Notes: generated from the sequence alone by a model not told the origin. DNA of 64,000 bases from an uncultured virus (IMG/VR IMGVR_UViG_3300005405_000007) (IMGVR_UViG_3300005405_000007); one strand, 5' to 3'. Positions 23,575-32,618 are shown, counted from the first letter of the stretch. Translations and numbers: made by a program.

Positions 23575-25191
23575 TTGACTAAGAAAACTAATAAGAAGAC
23601 AACAGAACAATATAAACAAGAATTAGAAGAATATAATTTAAAATATGATACAAATATAAAGTTAAAAGAAGGAGTTGAATATATTGGTGCTAATACTAAA
23701 ATACTACATACTTGTACGTGCGGCAAGGATTGGTTAGTCAGTCCTTCTGGTATTATAAATAGAAAATCTAAAAGTAGTTGTGGATTGTGTTATACATTCG
23801 CAGAATGGGGGATAGATAATTTAGGAGAAGATTTTCTTAAAGAATATTGGGATTATGAGAAGAATAATGAATTAGGCATTGATCCTTGGAAAATTAATTA
23901 TAATAATTACAAAAAATTTTATATCTTTTGTAGAAAGAAAAACTATCATGGAAGTTATCAAATTAGTGGTTCGGATTTTATAAGAGGTAATAGATGTAGT
24001 TATTGTAAAGGACAAAATTCTGTACATCCTAAAGATAGTTTTGGACAATTTTTAATAGATTCGTTTGGTGTTACTGCGTTAGAATTATATTGGGACTATG
24101 ATAAAAATACAATTGACCCTTTTAAATACACTAAATATACTAATAGAAAAGTTTGGATTAAATGCCAAGAAAAAGATTACCATGGGAGTTATGATATTCT
24201 TTGCGGAGAATTTATTAGTGGAGGGAGGTGTGGGTATTGTAATTCGCGTGTAAAAGTACATAAATATGATAGTTTAGGATATTTATATCCTCAAACAATA
24301 GAAATTTGGTCTGATAAAAATAATAAATCTCCATATGAATATACCCCAGGAAGCAGTACAAAAGTTTGGTGGAAATGTAAAGAGTGTAAACATGAAGATT
24401 ATCCACAAATAATATATAGTGCAAAAAATTGTAATTTTGGATGTCCTGAATGTGTAAGAGAAAAAGTAGAGTCTAGAATGGCAACAACGCTTAAACAAGT
24501 ATTTAAGCATGAAGATCATGATACAAAATGGGAATATGATATAGGATTTAGAACAGATAAAAATGGTGTAAGCAAATATGATATTTATGTTCCAAGATTA
24601 AATCTATTAATAGAATGTCAAAGCGAATATCATGATGATGAAATACATATGGCGCGAGATAAACTTAAAAAGCAATTTGCAATAGATAATAAATATAATT
24701 ACATAGATTTAGACCACAGAGATTATTCTCCTTTGGAAGCAATACAGATGTTTTTCCCATATATTAAAGAAATGCCAGAATATATTGATGATAGTAAAAA
24801 TACAAGAAGAGATTGGGACGTAGAAGAAGCACAAAGATTATTAGATAATGGTTATAATTTTGATGAAGTTGCTGAATATGTAGGAGCAACTAAAGGTGCT
24901 ATAAGTTATTCAATTTGGAACAATATCTTAATTAAACCAGATGATTATCATCAAACAGGAACTATAAAAATTATTTGTTTATCTAAGGATTATAAATTTG
25001 TTAAACAATATAATTCTGTGAGAGATGCAACAAAAGATTTAGGTCTTGCGAATAACTCTGCAATTAGTAGTTGTTTGACCAAGAGGATAAGATCAGATAC
25101 TAATAAAGTTCGTGAGTTTGCAAAAGGTTATAGATGGATGTATTTGGTAGACTATGAGAATATGATTAAAAAAGATGATGAACCTCCGTAA
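23575..25191 (+). CDS. Zinc-ribbon-repeat putative homing endonuclease with a Vsr/DUF559-like nuclease and NUMOD1-like C-terminus
   Basis: Repeated YWDY.KN..DP..KVWxxC..H..CxxC units; YDIYVP..LIECQSEYH; YNSVRDATKDLG..AISSC..AKGYRW. Confidence 0.7.
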   Translation: MTKKTNKKTTEQYKQELEEYNLKYDTNIKLKEGVEYIGANTKILHTCTCGKDWLVSPSGIINRKSKSSCGLCYTFAEWGIDNLGEDFLKEYWDYEKNNELGIDPWKINYNNYKKFYIFCRKKNYHGSYQISGSDFIRGNRCSYCKGQNSVHPKDSFGQFLIDSFGVTALELYWDYDKNTIDPFKYTKYTNRKVWIKCQEKDYHGSYDILCGEFISGGRCGYCNSRVKVHKYDSLGYLYPQTIEIWSDKNNKSPYEYTPGSSTKVWWKCKECKHEDYPQIIYSAKNCNFGCPECVREKVESRMATTLKQVFKHEDHDTKWEYDIGFRTDKNGVSKYDIYVPRLNLLIECQSEYHDDEIHMARDKLKKQFAIDNKYNYIDLDHRDYSPLEAIQMFFPYIKEMPEYIDDSKNTRRDWDVEEAQRLLDNGYNFDEVAEYVGATKGAISYSIWNNILIKPDDYHQTGTIKIICLSKDYKFVKQYNSVRDATKDLGLANNSAISSCLTKRIRSDTNKVREFAKGYRWMYLVDYENMIKKDDEPP

Positions 25192-25238
25192 TAATACATA
25201 AATAAAATAATAAATAATAAAGGAGAAAATAATATAGA

Positions 25239-25802
25239 ATGATTGAAACTGTTTTCTTATCTTTTTTAGTTGCCAAATGGAATAACTATAAAATACTTCC
25301 TATTTTTAAAAAATGGAGTATTTACCCTGTTATGTTTATGGTGCTTCTATACATTTATCTTGAATCGACAATTTGGCAAGGTGATTATTCTTTAGTTAAA
25401 TATACATATTTATTTAAAACTGTTTATTTAAGTTGTTTCTTATTATTGGCGATATCTTATAATAAAATGAAGTTATATTTTTGTTTTATTCCTCTTGTTT
25501 GGATAGGTAGTATACTTAATACAATTGCAATAAGAGCTAATTCAGGGAAAATGCCAGTATTTTTTTCTAACTCATGGGCAACTGGATATGCAAAACATGA
25601 TATGTTTGTTAAAGCATTACCGTATGGAGACTATCATATAATGGGAGATGAATTTACAAAAATGATACCGCTTTGTGATGTGTGGGATTTCGGATGGTGT
25701 TGTATGTCGCCAGGGGATTTAATATTCAGATCGTTTGTATTTATAATTACTTACAATTCCATAAAAGCGTCCAACCAAATACATATAATAAACAAAATAT
25801 AA
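25239..25802 (+). CDS. DUF5317-like membrane protein
   Basis: Hydrophobic; GSILN..ANSGKMPV and LCD..SPGD motifs. Confidence 0.7.
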   Translation: MIETVFLSFLVAKWNNYKILPIFKKWSIYPVMFMVLLYIYLESTIWQGDYSLVKYTYLFKTVYLSCFLLLAISYNKMKLYFCFIPLVWIGSILNTIAIRANSGKMPVFFSNSWATGYAKHDMFVKALPYGDYHIMGDEFTKMIPLCDVWDFGWCCMSPGDLIFRSFVFIITYNSIKASNQIHIINKI

Positions 25803-25811
25803 AATTATTTA

Positions 25812-25841
25812 TTGACTTATATACTTTGCATATGGTATAAT
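25812..25841 (+). promoter_or_regulatory. SigA promoter for receptor-agrD
   Basis: TTGACT-18-TATAAT with extended TG. Confidence 0.7.
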
Positions 25842-25893
25842 TATCCTAAGATAAATAATAAGATAAATAATAAGAGATAGGGAGTAGATACAT

Positions 25894-26724
25894 ATGCAAA
25901 GTACAATTAATGCCTTATTAAACATGTTTTTAGTAAGTTTACCAGAAGAATTGTTCGTTGTAGCAATAGTATTAATAGGTATAAGTAGAGATGATTTATT
26001 AGATATCAGAATGTGGAAAGATAATATAAAATGGGTCGCTTTACCAGCAATTGGAATGTCTTTTATAATAAGTTTTGCAAGATTAACAAATATTTCAAAA
26101 TCTATTGCCCAAATAACTGGTATACTAGTATTATATTTATTAACATTAGTTGTTATAAAAAATAATAATTTACTTCAAGAGAAGATTAAATACTTTAAAG
26201 CATTGTTTTATACAATATTAGGAATTTTCATTATTTCAATATTAGAATGCTACTACCCGTTAATATTATCTCTCACAAAAACAAATATCTTATACATAAA
26301 CTCCAACTTTATTTTGAATTTTTTATGTTCATTACCAGCAAGAGTAATAGAATATTCTATATTGACATACTTAATAGTAAAAAAAAGTGAAGATGTAAAA
26401 ATTAAGTTATTTGATATAATACTAAAAAATAGTTTCTTAAAAAGATCAATGTTTAGTTTATTGATAGGTATAATGATTACAATGATTTACTTAATTAAAC
26501 TAATAGGAATAGATTTAATTTTAATAAATTTATCGTTTTTTGAACAATTAATTATAGTAGTTATGATGTTTATTATCCCGACGATTACTATAACATTTAT
26601 ATTATTAATAGTTAATTATATCCTAAAAGTTGAAAAAAGAATACACCAGACATACGAAAATCTTGCTACGCAGGATATAGTAATGGATGATGTAAAAATT
26701 AATGAAAAAGGAGGTGAATTCTAA
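25894..26724 (+). CDS. Multi-pass membrane protein resembling an AgrC/VirS sensor domain but lacking the kinase domain
   Basis: About 7 hydrophobic segments and a short C-terminal tail; no H-box or GHKL; stop overlaps the agrD start (TAATG). Confidence 0.6.
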   Translation: MQSTINALLNMFLVSLPEELFVVAIVLIGISRDDLLDIRMWKDNIKWVALPAIGMSFIISFARLTNISKSIAQITGILVLYLLTLVVIKNNNLLQEKIKYFKALFYTILGIFIISILECYYPLILSLTKTNILYINSNFILNFLCSLPARVIEYSILTYLIVKKSEDVKIKLFDIILKNSFLKRSMFSLLIGIMITMIYLIKLIGIDLILINLSFFEQLIIVVMMFIIPTITITFILLIVNYILKVEKRIHQTYENLATQDIVMDDVKINEKGGEF

Positions 26725-26843
26725 TGAAAAACAAATATACTATTATTGCAGGATGTCTTATCACAATTGCTACAGTATGTTCCTTATGTTTAGCTTCCGC
26801 AATGTGGAGTTATCAACCAGAAACCCTTAAATGTTTCGAATAA
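26724..26843 (+). CDS. agrD: AgrD-like cyclic autoinducing peptide precursor (39 aa, not in ORF track)
   Basis: MKNKYTIIAGCLITIATVCSLCLASAMWSYQPETLKCFE; AAGGAGGTG RBS; clostridial [CS]xxxx-[YH]QPE pattern; agrB 1 kb downstream. Confidence 0.88.
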   Translation: MKNKYTIIAGCLITIATVCSLCLASAMWSYQPETLKCFE

Positions 26844-26855
26844 GTTCATATTACA

Positions 26856-26883
26856 TATAGGGAAGGCTACGGTCTTCCCTATA
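26856..26883 (+). terminator. Hairpin after agrD
   Basis: TATAGGGAAG-8nt-CTTCCCTATA. Confidence 0.6.
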
Positions 26884-26921
26884 ATCATAAAATAATGTAA
26901 TGACAAAAAATAAAATATATA

Positions 26922-26951
26922 TTGACATACATATCCATTGTAAGATATAAT
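26922..26951 (+). promoter_or_regulatory. Consensus SigA promoter for HTH-mazF-agrB
   Basis: TTGACA-18-TATAAT. Confidence 0.7.
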
Positions 26952-27012
26952 TATATTATTAAATACCGAATATTGAAATATCTTACTAAAAATAAAAAGG
27001 ATGTGTATTGAT

Positions 27013-27804
27013 ATGTTTAACAAATTAATTACTAGGAAATCTAATACTGAGGAAAATGCTAAAAAAGATTTTAAGAAACTTGCAAATTACGTTATACTTG
27101 CAAAAGGTAATAGATCAATTGATAATTTTGCAGCAGATTGTAAGGTTAGCGGGGATTATATGGAGGGTGTAATTAAGACTAAAATGTCTACATACCCAGA
27201 TATAACATTTCTAAAGGTAATTTCTGATAATTCTCAAGGGCGAGTTTCGTTTAAGGATTTGACTTTGGCTTGTGGATATTCTAATTATACAAATAATGAT
27301 TTAGAAAAAATTAGAAATATAAAAATAGAACGTGGAGGAATATATTTTTGTAATTTTTCTGACAGTGGGATTGATTCAGAGGTGATAGGACATCGACCTG
27401 TGCTCGTGGTGCAAAATCCAAAAGGTAATTTATTCAGTAGTAACACAAAGGTTTTAGCAATAACTAGTCGTGTAGGCAGTAAACCGCCATTACCGACTCA
27501 TGTTTTTATAGGAAAGGAGCATGGTTTAAGATGTGATTCTATCATTTGTTGTGAATTAGAAGACACAATCAGTAAAAGAAGATTAATTTCAGGATCAGGA
27601 GTAGTAGAAAAAGTAGCAGAATGTTCGAAAGAATTAATGATGAAAGTTGCCGTTGGACTTGGTAAGGCAGACGGATATATTCCTTTAGATGTTCCTGAAA
27701 AGTTTGCTATTGAAGTTCTAGAAACTTTTAACAAAGAGAGAACACAAAAAACATTTCAATATCAAAATAACTATAATACAGGGAGGCAAGTAGCATTTGC
27801 CTAA
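27013..27804 (+). CDS. XRE-like HTH fused to a MazF/PemK endoribonuclease domain
   Basis: N-terminal AKGNRSIDNFAADCKVS..YPDITFLKVI..VSFKDLTLACGY; C-terminal IERGGIY..SEVIGHRPVLVVQN..AITS..LPTHV..DSIICCE; alternative start 27001. Confidence 0.82.
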   Translation: MFNKLITRKSNTEENAKKDFKKLANYVILAKGNRSIDNFAADCKVSGDYMEGVIKTKMSTYPDITFLKVISDNSQGRVSFKDLTLACGYSNYTNNDLEKIRNIKIERGGIYFCNFSDSGIDSEVIGHRPVLVVQNPKGNLFSSNTKVLAITSRVGSKPPLPTHVFIGKEHGLRCDSIICCELEDTISKRRLISGSGVVEKVAECSKELMMKVAVGLGKADGYIPLDVPEKFAIEVLETFNKERTQKTFQYQNNYNTGRQVAFA

Positions 27805-27820
27805 ATTGAAAGGAGTTTAA

Positions 27821-28528
27821 ATGAATCTAATTCAAATTATATCAAATAATTTAGCTCATAAAATGGTAAAGAAAGTACCATTAGATCAAATTGAATATGC
27901 TTGGGGATGGATCGCAGGGGTATTTCCACAACTCTCTCATAAGTTTAATATTAAAAAAATAAAAACCACTGAAGAACTTATAAGCGTATATAGTCTAGCA
28001 TTCATGTTTCCTGTTGGTGCGGTATTTAAAGGTTTATTATTAGTATTGTTGTCATTAATCTTGGGAGTCTTTTCACCTGCCATTGTAGTAGTCTTAACTT
28101 TTATGTCTTTAAGACCAATGGCAGGTGGATATCATTTTAAAACATATAATAAATGTACAGTAATATCTTTAATTCAATTCATTACAACATCGCTAATAGT
28201 AAAATACACTCTCCAATATTGGCCATTTTTAGGAATTTGGTATTTATTTATTTTTTGTGTTGTTATGACATTATATATAGTTTATCGCTATATTCCAAGA
28301 GACACGCCAAATAAACCAATTGCAGAACAATTAGAACGTCATAAATTTAAACGATGGTCATTATATTATTTATCCATATGGGCCGTATTAATGACCATCT
28401 TCTTGCTCTTTAATATAAAAATAATTGTCATATCAAGTTGTTTCGGTTTACTTTTAGAGTTGCTAAGTATTTCTAATATAGGTTATAATTATATCTATCC
28501 CTTACTAGACTCAAAACAAAAACCTTAA
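27821..28528 (+). CDS. agrB: AgrB accessory gene regulator B (autoinducing-peptide processing membrane peptidase)
   Basis: LRPMAGGYHFKTYNKC catalytic His/Cys motif, PRDTPNKPI, multiple TM segments. Confidence 0.92.
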   Translation: MNLIQIISNNLAHKMVKKVPLDQIEYAWGWIAGVFPQLSHKFNIKKIKTTEELISVYSLAFMFPVGAVFKGLLLVLLSLILGVFSPAIVVVLTFMSLRPMAGGYHFKTYNKCTVISLIQFITTSLIVKYTLQYWPFLGIWYLFIFCVVMTLYIVYRYIPRDTPNKPIAEQLERHKFKRWSLYYLSIWAVLMTIFLLFNIKIIVISSCFGLLLELLSISNIGYNYIYPLLDSKQKP

Positions 28529-28665
28529 GACAACGATACCCTTAAACCAAAATCCATCCAACCAATAACAACACAACAAAACAAGACCAAACATAATCAA
28601 ATAACATATATCTTTAAGTGAATTATATCTTGCTTTTTTGTTTATACTATTATATAATATAATTA

Positions 28666-28717
28666 TGATACATATTGATACATATTGATACATATTGATA
28701 CAAATTACATGTATCAA
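28666..28717. repeat. Four tandem 10-bp repeats ending in a palindrome; putative operator
   Basis: (TGATACATAT)x3, then TGATACA-AATTACA-TGTATCA, just upstream of the RBS of 28746. Confidence 0.75.
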
Positions 28718-28745
28718 TTAAATTAATATCCAAGGAGGAATAAAC

Positions 28746-30095
28746 ATGAAGCAAGACCGTCAAAAACTTGAAGATGTTTTAGATTTAATCGTCGAAGAAT
28801 ATTCAGTTGATACTAAGATTCAAGAAAAGGTTATTTCTAAGTTGATTGAAAAAGGAATTAGTCGAGGTAGAACTACTGGTATATTTACCAAAGTAACTCC
28901 ATTAGTATATCTCACAGAAAATGAATTATGTTTATTTGTAAAACATCTTTATGAATTTACACATGAATTAAAAATCAAGCCAAATGAGTGGTTTACTGAT
29001 ATTGAATTATCATATGCAGATTCATATCAAAAAACCGAAGAAGAAAAAGTAAAATATATTATGTTACACAATGTTGACCAAATCAGCGAGTCTCAATGGT
29101 TGTGTACAAAAGAAACTTATCAAAATATTGGTTTGTATATGGGAAATGGATTATTAACATATAACCCAAACACCCAAAGACCACTCCAGAAAAGGAAAAG
29201 TGGAAACAAAATAATTGAATCCATTGATATTGACCCAGATAAAGTTGCTGAAATCGCCAACTCTATGTTAAATAATACGTTTTGCCCCAATGCCATAACA
29301 TGGAATATACGCAAGATAAAAGGCATTCAGAAATTTAAATATGATAGTAAAGCAAGAACCTTATTAATTGAACCTGATGGTATATCTACGTCAGTGGACA
29401 TAATTGACGGAGCAAATCGGACAGGGGGAATGCTAAAATGCATTGAAAAAAGTAAGGACATTCAGAGGGTAACTAGTATTTATATTCATCATGTTACAGA
29501 AGAAAGAGCGAATGAAATAATTGAACAAGAAAGTTTGGCAGCACCCATCCCACCGGAATCCATCCAGTATAAAAGTTCTAGCAATATTAATATGTTAACT
29601 GCAAGATCAATTAATGAAAAGCAAAAGAAAAATGAAATGTTTAACCGCATTGGATTAAATGAACAAGAGCTAAAAGTTGAAAATAAACTAGTTACGTTTG
29701 ACACTTTGTCAAAAACGATTGATTATGTATATGATTTAAAAAATTTACCTATTACAGAGTCAGAAAATGTAGAAGAGTTTTTAATAAAACTTTTTAATAT
29801 TTGTATTGGTGTAAATTATGAATCTTTTAACAGTAAATTAACTGAAGCGAGAGAGAATTCATATGTTTCATCAAACAATATGTTTATTGGATATGTTGTT
29901 TTAGGTGAATTAGTTAAACAAAAATATGGTGATGATTGGAAAAATCAATTGACTAAAATATTAAAAACTTTAGACTTTAGCAAAACAAACGATATTTGGA
30001 AGAAAATTGGTATTGAAAACAATGTCAACAAAAAAACAATGGATAAAATATCTGACTATTTTAAATCTATTGTTGCTCAATGGGAGGTTCAATAA
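28746..30095 (+). CDS. SPbeta YopQ/SroE-like protein (DndB/DGQHR-like fold)
   Basis: YNPNTQR, PNAITWN, DIIDGANRT (DGQHR-like); size and position before an MrpR-like gene match the SPbeta repressor operon. Confidence 0.65.
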   Translation: MKQDRQKLEDVLDLIVEEYSVDTKIQEKVISKLIEKGISRGRTTGIFTKVTPLVYLTENELCLFVKHLYEFTHELKIKPNEWFTDIELSYADSYQKTEEEKVKYIMLHNVDQISESQWLCTKETYQNIGLYMGNGLLTYNPNTQRPLQKRKSGNKIIESIDIDPDKVAEIANSMLNNTFCPNAITWNIRKIKGIQKFKYDSKARTLLIEPDGISTSVDIIDGANRTGGMLKCIEKSKDIQRVTSIYIHHVTEERANEIIEQESLAAPIPPESIQYKSSSNINMLTARSINEKQKKNEMFNRIGLNEQELKVENKLVTFDTLSKTIDYVYDLKNLPITESENVEEFLIKLFNICIGVNYESFNSKLTEARENSYVSSNNMFIGYVVLGELVKQKYGDDWKNQLTKILKTLDFSKTNDIWKKIGIENNVNKKTMDKISDYFKSIVAQWEVQ

Positions 30096-30096
30096 A

Positions 30097-31080
30097 ATGG
30101 ATCATAAATTATTTAATGAAGATCGTAAAAATTGCTTCTTAAATGAGAAATATCCAAATGAATCAACCAGATCAACAAACACTTCTATTTTAAGAAGCGT
30201 AGGAAGATTTGAGTATGAACTAGATAAAGATTTGTGTAGTTTTAGTTACGAAGAAATTAAAGACTTATTAATTGGAATGAAAAAGAAATCTCTTAGATCA
30301 ATGGGTGTAGCTTATGCAATTATTATGCAATATTTAGACTGGTGCTGTTTGGATAAACACTATTCTTCAATGAATGTTTTGAAACTAGTCAACAAGGAAG
30401 ACTTAAAAAAATACATCCATAAAGTTGCTCAAAAAAATTCATTTATTTCAAGAGATCAAATGTATGACTACTGCAACAGACTCCACAACTACGTTGACAA
30501 AGCATTAATAGCATTACTATACGAAGGAATAAGAGGCAGAACTAAAGAGGGATTTTCCTATGAAGAAATAAGAAATCTCAAAAAGACTGATCTTATTCCA
30601 GAATTTAATATAGTGAATGTTATTAAAGACCCCGATGACTTAATTAAAAATCCTTCACCAAGAAAAGTTCAAGTGGATCAAAGAACTATGGATATCCTAA
30701 TAGCAGCATCTAAGGAAGAATATTATCATAAATCAAATGGTGATGCAACAGACACATTTTCTATTTTACCACTAAAGGATACCCCCTTTATTATTAGGTC
30801 TATGGACGTATTCTTTAGCGATGATGATAGAATGACTCCAGGAAATATTAGTTCAAGATTTAGAAATTTTAGAAGTTATTTAAATGTAAAGTTCTTAACA
30901 CCAACTCTTATATTTAAAAGTGGTTTATTAGATAAATGCTTATCAATGGAGAAAGAATTAGGGGAATTGAAGCCGGATCACTTTAAACAACTATACAGGA
31001 ATTTAGAATTGGATGAAAGAAATGGCAACTCTTTAAAGGAAATGTATGACAGTTACAAAAGTAGTCTAACCCCAAAGTAA
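30097..31080 (+). CDS. MrpR/YopR-like phage repressor with tyrosine-recombinase fold, probably catalytically inactive
   Basis: FEYELDKDLCSFSYEEI SAM-like N-domain; ALIALLYEGIRG..EEIRNLK; HxxR replaced by PTLIFKSG; GGAGG RBS before ATG 30097. Confidence 0.75.
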   Translation: MDHKLFNEDRKNCFLNEKYPNESTRSTNTSILRSVGRFEYELDKDLCSFSYEEIKDLLIGMKKKSLRSMGVAYAIIMQYLDWCCLDKHYSSMNVLKLVNKEDLKKYIHKVAQKNSFISRDQMYDYCNRLHNYVDKALIALLYEGIRGRTKEGFSYEEIRNLKKTDLIPEFNIVNVIKDPDDLIKNPSPRKVQVDQRTMDILIAASKEEYYHKSNGDATDTFSILPLKDTPFIIRSMDVFFSDDDRMTPGNISSRFRNFRSYLNVKFLTPTLIFKSGLLDKCLSMEKELGELKPDHFKQLYRNLELDERNGNSLKEMYDSYKSSLTPK

Positions 31081-31096
31081 TATTTGGGGTTAGATT
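31063..31096 (+). terminator. Hairpin closing the repressor operon
   Basis: AGTCTAACCCCAAA-6nt-TTTGGGGTTAGATT. Confidence 0.65.
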
Positions 31097-31194
31097 CCCT
31101 AACCAAAATTTAAAATTGTCATAAGGTAAAAAATAAAATTAGTTAAAAAGTAATATTTTGTCGAAAGACTGACTAATAAAGGGGAAAGAAAAAG

Positions 31195-31680
31195 TTGATA
31201 TTAAGTATGAAAGGTGGGATAATGTATGTACACATAGAACGAACTACAGTTCTAAAACAATGTGTAGAAAGGAACAAGTGTTTTGGTTTCACTATAAAAA
31301 TAAGAGGAGAAGATGTAATGAGGAAAATAGAAGAGTATGCGCTTAAGGACAGTAAGGGGAATTATGTGGGGATAAATTCTATTACATTTGACGAAATCAC
31401 TAAGCAAGATATATATTCTTCTTCAGAACAGCTTATAAATGGATTTTATACATACTCTAGCGAATTAGATGCAATCACATGTTTGCATGTTCTCCGAGAT
31501 AAGGGAATTAAAATAAAATTTGGTATACAATTCCATATAGAAAAAATTGATATTATGGAAGTAATGATTAAAGAGCATAAGATGGGGATAAAAAAATGTC
31601 CATTTAAATATGAAATAATAAAAGGAGGAATGACGATGGATGATTATATTAAAAGAAAAATTGAATATATGGGGCAATAG
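31195..31680 (+). CDS. Hypothetical protein (true start possibly downstream)
   Basis: ORF; GAGGAG RBS before MRKIEE. Confidence 0.5.
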   Translation: MILSMKGGIMYVHIERTTVLKQCVERNKCFGFTIKIRGEDVMRKIEEYALKDSKGNYVGINSITFDEITKQDIYSSSEQLINGFYTYSSELDAITCLHVLRDKGIKIKFGIQFHIEKIDIMEVMIKEHKMGIKKCPFKYEIIKGGMTMDDYIKRKIEYMGQ

Positions 31681-31746
31681 CCCCTTCTCTCTTATATTTC
31701 AACTAATCAAACAAAAATAAAATACATACGAAAGAGGAAACTAAAA

Positions 31747-32295
31747 TTGAAGAAAACTAAACTAATCACAGCACGAAGATTCGGAATCTTTGTGTGTATC
31801 TTCACTACTTTAGTTGTTAGTCAAGCAGGTAATCATAATATTATTGAAAACAATATTAAAACAGAGAAATATAAGTTTAAAACAAATTTTCCAATTAATG
31901 AAATCCATAAAACGCAACATTATACTACAAAGAAACCAATTCCATCAATTGAAGTCATAGTGTCGGCGTATGACTTGTCTTACCAATCTTGTCAGAAATC
32001 AAGAAATAATTCACAGTATGGTATCACTAGTTCTGGATTTGATTTAAAAGGGCATACATTATCTTCAGCAAGAGTAATTTCAACAGATCCTAAAATTATC
32101 CCAACTGGCAGCAAAGTAAAAATTGTTTTTAATGATCCTAAATATACAAAGTATAATAATGTGTATTATGCATTGGATCAAGGTGGTTTAATAAAAAATA
32201 ACCACATCGATTTGTTTATTGGTGATTTCAGAAAGTCTACTAAAATGGCAAATATATTTGGAGTTACAACCGCTACTGTAACAATACTAAAATAA
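31747..32295 (+). CDS. Secreted 3D-domain (MltA-like) cell wall protein
   Basis: N-terminal hydrophobic segment; SAY, GITSSG, ISTDPKIIPTGSKV, ALDQGG, HIDLF. Confidence 0.85.
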   Translation: MKKTKLITARRFGIFVCIFTTLVVSQAGNHNIIENNIKTEKYKFKTNFPINEIHKTQHYTTKKPIPSIEVIVSAYDLSYQSCQKSRNNSQYGITSSGFDLKGHTLSSARVISTDPKIIPTGSKVKIVFNDPKYTKYNNVYYALDQGGLIKNNHIDLFIGDFRKSTKMANIFGVTTATVTILK

Positions 32296-32618
32296 TTACA
32301 TAGAATAAAATATAAAGACAAAAATAAAAATATGAAGAGGGGAAGGGATCAAGATGATTAGTCCTTTAGATTTTCCTGTGAAAAATGACTATAATGTCTA
32401 TATTGGTTTAAGATTTTTTAATGAAAAAAAAAGAATTAAGAAAACTACAGCCTTAGAAAGAGAAATGATTGAAAAGAAGAAATTAAACAAAGGTAATTTT
32501 AGAATTTCCAGACAAGGTGATTGTTTAATTTGTGAGTATTGGGATTCAAGTATTTATTATTAACTACGTGTCTTCTTAAAGTATAAAATAAATATCTAGA
32601 AAGAAGAGTGAAGGACTT

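Noticed and set aside
28666..28717. CRISPR array or replication iterons
   Set aside because: 10-bp repeats without spacers, no cas genes, no adjacent initiator
30097..31080. Active phage integrase
   Set aside because: The first catalytic Arg is present, but HxxR is replaced by PTLIFKSG and no clear catalytic Tyr motif follows; it fits an MrpR-like repressor better
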